In this document: piece by piece, positions 20,443-28,535 of the stretch | How positions within the stretch are numbered: position 1 is the stretch's first letter | Layout: the number at the start of each line of letters is the position of its first letter | Assembly (NCBI GenBank): GCA_965226795.1 | Contig: CBDDDZ010000005.1 | Span: 2,336,001 to 2,400,000, forward strand | Reading direction: 5' to 3' | Source: Candidatus Latescibacterota bacterium | Lineage (GTDB): Bacteria; Latescibacterota; UBA2968; GCA-2709665 | DNA: 64,000 bases | The notes under the pieces: generated by a model | Database searches by the model: none | The model's input: only the letters and a program-made list of their open reading frames with translations | What the model was told of the DNA's origin: nothing | Made by a program: the position numbers and the translations under genes

Positions 20443-21034
20443 GGCGTCGTCGGTGCGTCCTCGCTCGGATCCCAGATGGTCGCCGCGATGTGCTGCTGGG
20501 GATTCTCGGCGCTATTGAAGTAGTAGATCGTCACGAGCTTACCGTCCGGTCGTACGACCATGCGCGGATAACCCATGTCTCCGTACTGCGCCCCGTCACG
20601 GATCGCGATCTCTTCACCCCACTGGGTCCCGTCAGGGGACGTGAATCGGGCGCGTATCCCGCTCTGTTTGCCTGCCCGGTAGCCGTAGCCGCACACGAGG
20701 CGTCCGTCGGCGAGGCGGACCAAAGCCGGCGGATTGCCGTTGGAGGGGAGGTCGGGCGGGTGGGTGGCGGCGACCTTGCCCAAGAAGCGCCAGGAGACGC
20801 CGCCATATTATAGCTGGCCGCTTCTTCCCGCTGCCAGCTCTCGCCCCCGTCGCGGCTGCGCGAAAGGGCTGGGAAGGATGGTTGCTCACCACTGATTCGG
20901 TGGCCCTGTTCCTTGAACTCGTAGTCGCCGTTCGTATAGCCAACGACGATCTCGTCCGCCCAGCTCCATACCCCGTCGTTGGCCGGCCAGCCCAGGAATC
21001 GGCCTTCCTCTCCGGCTACGATAATATGCTTCAT
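20439..21034 (-). pseudogene. Sialidase/BNR-repeat protein with internal deletion and frameshift
   Basis: SRDGGESW, GNPPALVRLADGR, DMGYP motifs split over two frames near 20805. Confidence 0.7.
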
Positions 21035-21085
21035 GAGACGACCTTCATGATGGCGTACAATGTTCGGATCTTCTTTCCTCATTTC

Positions 21086-21176
21086 ATCTAACGTTTTCAC
21101 GGTTTACGAACCTGCGTAGCAGGTTGCCAAAGGCCAAGCCGCCGTAGGCGGCGAAGCGTAAACCGCTGTGTTAGAT
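21086..21176 (-). repeat. attC-like site 10
   Basis: TTCATCTAAC...GTTAGATGAA perfectly complementary; stem CGGTTTACG/CGTAAACCG; two GTA-loop hairpins. Confidence 0.9.
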
Positions 21177-21273
21177 GAAGTGGGATCTAAGCCAATGCCA
21201 AACACGCATAGATTACCGCCAGGGCTCAGCCGAGCCGTCCTCGGCGTCAGCTGCAGCCCTTGATTCGCCGGTG

Positions 21274-21741
21274 TTACTCAGGCCGCAAGTTCACTCTGTA
21301 CCGACACGTCGGCCCGAATTCTCCTGGCTCCCGTTCGGTTTCGATGGTGTCGACATACTCTGCGCCGATCAACTCACATGTTCTCCTGGATGCGAGATTA
21401 TCGGATCGGGAAGTGATTAACACCGAGTTGATCCCATGGCGCAGGGCAAGGGGAAACAGCAGGCGACAGCTGCGGGCAGCGTATCTGTTCCCGCGATATT
21501 CGTCGTCCACGTCGTGGCTCAGATTTCCTCCATACTGCTCGAGCCTTTCCGTGCACCGCGTTCTGAGGCGGATACTGCCGATCTTCACGTCGCTGCCAAT
21601 AAGCCGCATCTCGAAACGGTACTCCGGCACCCGTCCCGTGTCAGGATCAGATGGAAGCGTCTCGGTGAGGACGAGCTCAAGGTCTCCGTCGACCAAGTGT
21701 CCTGGATCGTGGAATTCACACTCGGAATTCTTTCGGGTCAT
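21274..21741 (-). CDS. GNAT family acetyltransferase
   Basis: IGSIRLR, GGNLSH, EYRGNRYA, DNLASRRTCE. Confidence 0.85.
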   Translation of the reverse strand: MTRKNSECEFHDPGHLVDGDLELVLTETLPSDPDTGRVPEYRFEMRLIGSDVKIGSIRLRTRCTERLEQYGGNLSHDVDDEYRGNRYAARSCRLLFPLALRHGINSVLITSRSDNLASRRTCELIGAEYVDTIETEREPGEFGPTCRYRVNLRPE

Positions 21742-21845
21742 CCGGTATTCTCTGCGGCCAACTTGTGATTGAACGGCGAATATGCAGTATATCTCCAGAA
21801 TATCGGGAGATACACTGCAAGACCCGACTTTACTTTTCCCATTTC

Positions 21846-21989
21846 ATCTAACGGTCAAGCACCCACGAACCTGCCCAGCTGGCACGGCGCTTGCCCCTCA
21901 CGATTCTCATCAAGCAAGCGCCCGTGACAGCGCCAGGCAGGTTCCGCGAAGGGGCGCAAGCCCCGAAGCCGGGGGTGCCGTTGTTAGCC
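21846..21989 (-). repeat. attC-like site 11
   Basis: ATCTAAC...GTTAGCC; GAACCTGCC/GGCAGGTTC, GGCGCTTGC/GCAAGCGCC, GGGGC-GCAA-GCCCC. Confidence 0.85.
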
Positions 21990-22079
21990 GATGCGGCGCG
22001 CCCCGGGTCCAGGCGCAGCCCTCAAAATGGGTCAGTCTAGCGCACACCATACACGGCCCCGCTTGGTTTTTCCTGACTC

Positions 22080-22883
22080 TCAATTGAGAAAGCTGATAAT
22101 CTCCACAGCTGATACGGAGACTACTCCGTGGTCATTGGTGACGTCACAAAATAGCATCTCCTGCTCGTTCAAAGAGGCCCTTTGGATAATTCGCCTGGCG
22201 GTGTCACAAACGACGGAACCGCCAAGAACACGGCCTTCAGGTATTGGGGTGACCTGGGAAACATAGTTGGACTGGATGACCGGCACATTGAACAATCCTG
22301 TAATCGCTTTCGCCCCCTCTCCGCACCCGTCTCGGGTCATCTCGCCATCCTGGTTCCTTTTGCTCGTCGCGACACTTGGCCACAGAATCACGTCGCTGTC
22401 CTCTAATCCTCGGCCTACCACGTGATCCAGAAAACTCGATTCGGCGCAGAAGACAGAGCCAAAAAGAATACCGTGGATGTCTACAGGAGACCGCTCCTCC
22501 GACTCTACAAAACCCCATAGTTTCTTCCAAGCCTCGATCAAGAATGTCCTGGAGCCAGCAAGTACCGGTCCTTCCCCCGGCTGCAGTAGCAACAGCGCAT
22601 TGAGGAATCCTCTCTTCGAGAGAAAGGGCGAGCCAACCAGTGTGTAAACTTCAATTTCTTGGGTAACCATGCTCAGCTCTTCCAAGCTCGTCTCGATTTG
22701 GCCGTACCAATCAGGCTCTTTGAAGAATTCGTGTAAGTGTTGATCATACCCGGTCAGCATCATCTCTGGGAAAACTATCAGCTCAGCCTCATGGGATGCC
22801 GCCCTTTGCATCCACGCTTCAACAGTCGCGGTATTTTCTTCAACTGTTGCCGACATTGCGGGTTGCATTGAACAGACTCTCAT
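22080..22883 (-). CDS. Carbon-nitrogen hydrolase (nitrilase superfamily)
   Basis: LIVFPEMMLTGY, FCAE, GGSVV; start MRVCSMQ. Confidence 0.85.
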   Translation of the reverse strand: MRVCSMQPAMSATVEENTATVEAWMQRAASHEAELIVFPEMMLTGYDQHLHEFFKEPDWYGQIETSLEELSMVTQEIEVYTLVGSPFLSKRGFLNALLLLQPGEGPVLAGSRTFLIEAWKKLWGFVESEERSPVDIHGILFGSVFCAESSFLDHVVGRGLEDSDVILWPSVATSKRNQDGEMTRDGCGEGAKAITGLFNVPVIQSNYVSQVTPIPEGRVLGGSVVCDTARRIIQRASLNEQEMLFCDVTNDHGVVSVSAVEIISFLN

Positions 22884-22979
22884 TTGATTTCTGGAAAAGT
22901 AGGGCTGAGGGGTGTCATGGTCTTGCTTTTGTGCTCCGTAACCTGGGTTGGGAGGGGTTCCGTATTCTGCGCCGCTTTC

Positions 22980-23068
22980 GCCTAACGTTCTCGCGGGCTG
23001 CGAACCTGGCGAAGCCAGGTTGCTGCGGAGGCGCGTATGCGCCGAAGCCGCAGCCCGTCGTGTTACAC
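22980..23068 (-). repeat. attC-like site 12 (closes the first cassette)
   Basis: GCCTAAC...GTTACAC; stem CGGGCTGCG/CGCAGCCCG; CCTGGC-GAA-GCCAGG. Confidence 0.9.
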
Positions 23069-23226
23069 GCTTGCGGCGCGCCCCTTCCACGGCGACGCCC
23101 GCAACGGGCTGTATTAAGTGCACACCATAAACGATGTTTTCTGGTTTTTCGTCCTGTTTCTCAGGTCAATCGGAGGCCCATCAATAGCACCAAGAAAACA
23201 CATATCTCCCGAGTTAACTTCGCCCA

Positions 23227-23721
23227 TTAAAGGGGATTCGCCTTTATGAGTTGGAAGAGGTCGCCTTTCCTGGGGCGTTCGGATGTCAAAATCTCCATCA
23301 ATCTTGCCAGGACGTCAGCCCGGTCGAAACGCTTGAATTCTGGGTACAGCCCGATACGCCAATGGAGATAACCTTCAAGCTGTTTCGGATCTGTGAAAAT
23401 CTGTTTGGCCGCCAGAAACTCTGCTTGTAAGGCACGCCGATGTGCATAGGCATGTGAGCGTGAGGCCAACTTGTGTTGAATTTCCACATGCTCGTGTAGA
23501 GCAAACAAACGCGCATACTGCTCGTTCAATTCGATTAGGTCTTCTGGGATGTAAATCGTCCCTGCTTCGTCGTAGAAAGCCAGATCGGGTGTATCGGCTT
23601 CACACCGAAACACCGCATAAGAGATGGGCGTGTCAGCTACGACTGCCTGCTCGGTGCGGATGACTGACTGCTCAATAGCATCGAACAACTCAGTGGCTTC
23701 CGGGTGTGGCAATCGGAGCAT
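23227..23721 (-). CDS. Hypothetical protein in the first cassette, HExxE motif
   Basis: ORF fills the cassette; TIYIPEDL...ALHEHVE; alternative start 23799. Confidence 0.65.
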   Translation of the reverse strand: MLRLPHPEATELFDAIEQSVIRTEQAVVADTPISYAVFRCEADTPDLAFYDEAGTIYIPEDLIELNEQYARLFALHEHVEIQHKLASRSHAYAHRRALQAEFLAAKQIFTDPKQLEGYLHWRIGLYPEFKRFDRADVLARLMEILTSERPRKGDLFQLIKANPL

Positions 23722-23813
23722 AGGTATGGCTCTCGGGTGGGGTGTGTTCAGGGTTTTTGCTTTTTGTGCACGATCTGCAGGGTGGGGTGGTTGGGCCATC
23801 CTGCGCCGCTTGC

Positions 23814-23947
23814 GTGTAACTATGGTATTACCGAACCGTTACGGTAATGCGGGCCAGATCGGAGAATTCCCGAACGTTCGGGAACATTCCACGCTGAAGC
23901 TTGTAGCCCAAACATGTTCAGGAATGCTTCCTATGGTGGCATCGTCT
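23814..23947 (-). other. attI-like primary recombination site, copy A
   Basis: GTTACAC core on minus strand; conserved with 5907-6040; contains ATTACCG/CGGTAAT IR and 18-bp palindrome TTCCCGAACGTTCGGGAA (23867-23884). Confidence 0.8.
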
Positions 23948-25080
23948 CTAACCAAAAACTGCCCCCCTTTCTTCCATCAATGCATCCGGCGGGCTCTGGA
24001 TTTTCGCGAGATCCCGATTCGTCACCCGAGTATAGATCTGTGTGGTTTTTGGGCTTGCATGCCCCAGCAACACCTGGATATATCGCAGGTCGGTCCCGCG
24101 TTCAAGCAGGTGTGTCGCAAAGGAATGCCGTAGCGTATGTATCGATATCCGCTTGTTAATATTGGCTTTCTTGCAAGCCCGGTCAAATGCTTTCTGAACT
24201 GATCGCTCGGTCAAATGCCGTCCCGGCCTTGCGCCCGGGAACAACCATGTTTCGGGTGGATATTGGCGCCTGTAGTCTTGAACCGCCTTCTGTGCGACCG
24301 CGGAGAGCATTGTGTAGCGATCCTTCCGGTGCTTGCCCTGACGAACATGAACCAGCTTTCGGTCCAGGTCGATATCTTCGACCTTTAGCCGGACCGCTTC
24401 ACCCAATCGGAGGCCTCCGGAATAGGTCAACAGGATGATCGCCCGATGCTTCAGGTTTTCTACCGCATCCAGTAACCGAAGCACTTCGGGCCGGCTCAAC
24501 ACAGTGGGCAATTTGTGCTCTTTTTTCGGACGGGGCAGGTTTTCAAGCGGATGCTGATCTTTTAACACACGGAGAAACAGGAATTTCAGTGCGCTCACGC
24601 ACTGATTGACGTAACTGTGCGAGGCTCCCGTTTCAAGGAGGTGATACACGTAATATCGGACCTCCATCTCCCCAAAAGATCGAGGTGCCTTGCCGCAATA
24701 ATTGGCAAATCGTCTGACGTGACCAAGGTAAGCTTTTCGCGCTTTTCGCGCGATACCCACCTGAGCCTCAACTCTTTTGCCATTTCTTCCAGAAACCCCT
24801 CAGGCTGATGCAGCGGTACTTCCAACCGGGTAATAGACACTGGATAAATAGATCCTGTCTCCGTGGGATCAACCCTGAACAATGTCGTCAGCTTTTCCAG
24901 CACCGCGCTTGTTCGGGGAATGCTCCAGAACCTGACAGCTGCCTCCCATCTTCGACCTGGTATCGTCTTGATTTTCTTGACACCATCCGTCGAATAAGAA
25001 AACCGTACGAAAAGACGGCCGTTCTTACCAGGAAACACGTGAGCTTTGGGTTTGTGCGATTTTGGATGTGGATACTCCAT
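23948..25080 (-). pseudogene. Tyrosine recombinase/integron-like integrase (HARP-like + SAM-like + catalytic domains), frameshift near 24760
   Basis: [34 protein letters not shown] all intact; N-terminal frame MEYPHP...ELRLR with RBS GAGGAG. Confidence 0.9.
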
Positions 25081-25546
25081 TGAGGTCTCCTCTCGGCATT
25101 GCAACTGAAAAAAGTGGATTGGCTTTGCTTTCAAACAAATCCCGTGCCGTAGAGACCGCCAATGGAGAACATTAAACGAACCTATTGTGAAACGGCGAGT
25201 TACGTGTTTCGTGTGTCAGATGGGAGAATATCCTTTTTTTACAGACCTTTCAGGTTGCTTGTTTGTTTCAAAACAGACCGTTCAACCCATCCAGAAAGTA
25301 CCATCCGAAGCGCCGCGAATATGAACCCGTAGCATTTCCAGGTCCTCGTATCGCCCCAAAACGACGTTCGCGGAACGGTTGGGAAGTTCGATATGTTAAG
25401 AAATCCGGACATATTAGATTTCCAAAACTGCCAGGAAAAGCGCCGATCATTCGCACGTCACCGGGAACGGAATTCCGGATCCCGTCGGCTGGCGCCGGGA
25501 TGCCTAAAGGAGCGGGCTTCTTTCGATTTCTCTTTTACAGCAGGCG

Positions 25547-26293
25547 TCACCGCTCCCCCCACCGGTTCCGCAACTCGATGACGGTCAGCATGGTCACCTC
25601 GCCGGTGGGTTCCAATCCGGCATCCGCCTGGAACTTTCTCAACGCCTCCCGGGTGGCCTCGTTCAGTTCGCCGTCGACCGGTCCGGTTTCGTATCCCATC
25701 CGATTCAGGATCGTCTGGACCTCGTAGTTGTGCTCCGGGCCGGCCGGCATATCCGACTCCTGTTCGGGTTCCCCCTGCTTCTCTTCAACCACCGCCGTAT
25801 CCTCCGAGATCAGCACCCAGCGCAGGAGCCGGACCTCAAAGAATGCGGCAACGATTCCGACCATCCATAGCAGGCCGAAAAGCAGCGCAATCCCCCAACG
25901 TAAAACCAGATCCCCTTCCACGCCAGCCGCAGGTTCGGAGAGATAGAAGACGTCAGGCGCAGCCAGAAAACGCAGGCATAACCAGAGCCCTACGTGCAGA
26001 AACACGAGAACGATCGGCGTGCGGACCGGGACCCTGAGAGGAGACCGTACCGGGCTCCATAGCCGCGCAATGGCCAGCGTCCAGAGATCGACCAGCGTCA
26101 GAAACAGAGGCCATACCGCGAGGAAGCCGACGGCCCGATCCGCGGTATCGGCGCTCCCCATCCATGCCCACCATGCCGCTGCCAGAAACGCCACCGCCAG
26201 CACGGTCCACGTGCCAACACGAAGCAGAAGGGCAGTCCGTGACCGCCCGGATTCCGACACGGACGGGTCCGCGGGAGGTTGAAATCGATTCAT
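25547..26293 (-). CDS. Membrane protein with C-terminal peptidoglycan-binding domain
   Basis: About four hydrophobic segments; VQTILNRMGY..GPVDG..TREALRKFQ..GLEPTG. Confidence 0.8.
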   Translation of the reverse strand: MNRFQPPADPSVSESGRSRTALLLRVGTWTVLAVAFLAAAWWAWMGSADTADRAVGFLAVWPLFLTLVDLWTLAIARLWSPVRSPLRVPVRTPIVLVFLHVGLWLCLRFLAAPDVFYLSEPAAGVEGDLVLRWGIALLFGLLWMVGIVAAFFEVRLLRWVLISEDTAVVEEKQGEPEQESDMPAGPEHNYEVQTILNRMGYETGPVDGELNEATREALRKFQADAGLEPTGEVTMLTVIELRNRWGER

Positions 26294-26408
26294 TTCCGCC
26301 AGTCCCTTGCGGTCAACCTGCCGAAACGCCCTTCCAGAACGCAGGTAACTTGGCTATATTTTAGATTGAATGACCTCATAACTTGAGCTTCGAATCGGAT
26401 TACGAACC

Positions 26409-28535
26409 ATGCGTCTACAATCCGAAATCCTGGCGGTCGAACTGGTGGACGGCAACCGGATGGCGCATTATACCCGCGCCGGACGCGAGACCCATCCTTT
26501 TTCGCCCTGGTTGCTTGTCGAAGCACCGGAAGAGTGCGACAGGGCCGGCCTCTCCGGCGTCCAAAAAATAACGCGTCTCAAGGGCGGCGGTCAGCTTCGG
26601 TTTCTCGTCCACTTCCACTCCTGGACCGATTATCTGGATGCCCGGGGACAACTGTCCGCGGACGGCATTGCCCATTTCGACTTCAATAATCCGGTTAAAC
26701 AGCACCTGCTGCTTTCCGGTAACACGCTTTTTCGGGGCCTGCGTTACAACGACGTCCACCGCCTTCAACTCGATATCGAGACCACCGGCCTGGACCCGGA
26801 AGCGCCTGGCGCACACATTATCCTGGTCGCGCTTTCCGACAACAGGAACTATGAGGAAGTGCTCGGTACCCGGGAGATGTCCGAAGGCGCACTCCTGGAG
26901 GTCCTCAATCAGCGCATTCGGCGCCGCGACCCCGATATCATTGAAGGCCACAACATCTTTGACTTCGACCTCAACTACATCCAGGTTCGCGCCCGGGCCC
27001 TCAACATCAGCCTGACCTGGGGTCGGGACGGCTCCGAACTGAAAGCCGGGAACGGGTTGCGCCGATACCGGGTCGGCGCCCGCAGTCGCACCTTTCGTCC
27101 GGCCTACATTCACGGCCGCCACATTGTTGACACCTATCACCAGGTGCAGCGATATGACATAGGCGGGCGCCTGGAGAGTTATGGCCTGAAGAACGTCGTT
27201 CGTGCGCTCGGCCTGGAGCGCGCGGACCGTGTCTTCGTCGAGGGGGCCGACATCCAGCGAATCTGGCGTAGCGATCCGGGCAAGGTGGTGAACTACGCGC
27301 TGGACGACGTCCGTGACGTTCACGCGTTGAGCGAAATTGTCGCCACCACCGAATTCTACCAGACCCAGTTGCTGCCGTACCGGTTGCAGGACGCCGCCAT
27401 GGCCGGGCCGGGCGAAAAGATCAACGCCATGATGATCGGGTCCTACCTCCGCCGGGGGCTGGCCGTTCCGCGGCCTCAGCACGAGCAGTCGTTCGGGGGT
27501 GGATATACGGCACTGTTCGCCTCGGGCATTTTCAGCCGGGTGGTCAAGGCCGACGTGGAGAGCCTTTATCCCTCCATTATGTTGAATTACGGTATACGAC
27601 CCGCATCAGACACCGAGAACGTATTCCTGCCCATGCTGCAGCGCCTGGCCCGGCGACGTCTCGACGCCAAATCCCGTCTCAAGGAAGCCACTGCCGATGC
27701 CGACCGATCCTACTGGGACGGCCTGCAGGGCAGCTACAAGATTCTCATTAATTCCTTCTACGGATACCTTGGGTATGGCCAGGCGAATTTCAACGACTAC
27801 AAGGCGGCGGAACAGATCACAACCCGTGGCCAGCAGATTGCCCGGCAGGTTGTGACGATGCTGCGGGAAAGAAAGGCCCGGCTCATCGAGGCGGATACCG
27901 ACGGCGTTTATTTCGTGGTACCCCCCGGAATCGACACGGAACGGGAAGAACATCTTTTCGTGGAAGCGTTGTCCGAAGAATTGCCCGAGGGCATCCACCT
28001 ATCCCACGACGGCCGGTACCGGCGTATGATCAGTCTCAAAGCCAAAAACTATATTCTGGTCGATTACGACGGGCGCCTGATCATCAAGGGCAGCAGTCTG
28101 CGAAGCCGGCGCGACGAGCGTGTTTTCCGTGAGTTTGTCCGGAAGCTGGCCCCGCTGCTTGTCAACCGACAGTCCGATGCCGCGTCGGCGCTCTACATGG
28201 AATTCGCCCACCGCTTGAAGGCGGGTCAATTCGATCACAGAGAATTCTGCCGCAGGGAGAGCATTACCAAGAAGACTTTTTCGAATCCCAACCTGCGTCG
28301 GCTGGCCGCAGCCGCAAAGGGATGTGAAGTGGGCGACAGGATTGCCGTGTACCAGAGAAACGACGGCAGCCTCGCGCGAATTGAAACCTACGCCAATGAC
28401 GAAGACAGGGGCTATCTGCTACGGCGACTGCACGATATGGCCGGACGCTTCCGCGGCCTCTTCGACGAAGCCGAATTCAATCGGCGGTTCCCTCTCCTGA
28501 AACCATCCGCGGGTGAGCAACTCAGCCTCTTCTAG
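26409..28535 (+). CDS. polB: Family B DNA polymerase with 3'-5' exonuclease domain
   Basis: LDIET, GHNIFDFD, YALDD exo motifs; DVESLYPS, KILINSFYG, ADTDG polymerase motifs. Confidence 0.92.
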   Translation: MRLQSEILAVELVDGNRMAHYTRAGRETHPFSPWLLVEAPEECDRAGLSGVQKITRLKGGGQLRFLVHFHSWTDYLDARGQLSADGIAHFDFNNPVKQHLLLSGNTLFRGLRYNDVHRLQLDIETTGLDPEAPGAHIILVALSDNRNYEEVLGTREMSEGALLEVLNQRIRRRDPDIIEGHNIFDFDLNYIQVRARALNISLTWGRDGSELKAGNGLRRYRVGARSRTFRPAYIHGRHIVDTYHQVQRYDIGGRLESYGLKNVVRALGLERADRVFVEGADIQRIWRSDPGKVVNYALDDVRDVHALSEIVATTEFYQTQLLPYRLQDAAMAGPGEKINAMMIGSYLRRGLAVPRPQHEQSFGGGYTALFASGIFSRVVKADVESLYPSIMLNYGIRPASDTENVFLPMLQRLARRRLDAKSRLKEATADADRSYWDGLQGSYKILINSFYGYLGYGQANFNDYKAAEQITTRGQQIARQVVTMLRERKARLIEADTDGVYFVVPPGIDTEREEHLFVEALSEELPEGIHLSHDGRYRRMISLKAKNYILVDYDGRLIIKGSSLRSRRDERVFREFVRKLAPLLVNRQSDAASALYMEFAHRLKAGQFDHREFCRRESITKKTFSNPNLRRLAAAAKGCEVGDRIAVYQRNDGSLARIETYANDEDRGYLLRRLHDMAGRFRGLFDEAEFNRRFPLLKPSAGEQLSLF

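Noticed and set aside
40..23068. Repeats as a CRISPR array or REP/BIME elements
   Set aside because: Units are 80-160 bp, variable, and separated by whole genes with AAC/GTT ends; no cas or RAYT gene is present
22884..23123. N-terminal extensions of ORFs running through attC sites (also 2976-3212, 8494-8742)
   Set aside because: GC-rich hairpins lack stops by chance; domain homology starts later
23860..23925. LexA (GAAC-N4-GTTC) boxes near attI
   Set aside because: Spacing is N0 or N2 rather than N4, and the sites lie downstream of the gene
23948..25080. Housekeeping XerC/XerD or prophage integrase
   Set aside because: Extra N-terminal domain, adjacent attI-like site and cassette array; no phage genes or tRNA att site
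26409..28535. PolB as a pipolin or casposon marker
   Set aside because: No Cas1, terminal repeats or recognisable primer-independent PolB features; flanked by ordinary chromosomal genes
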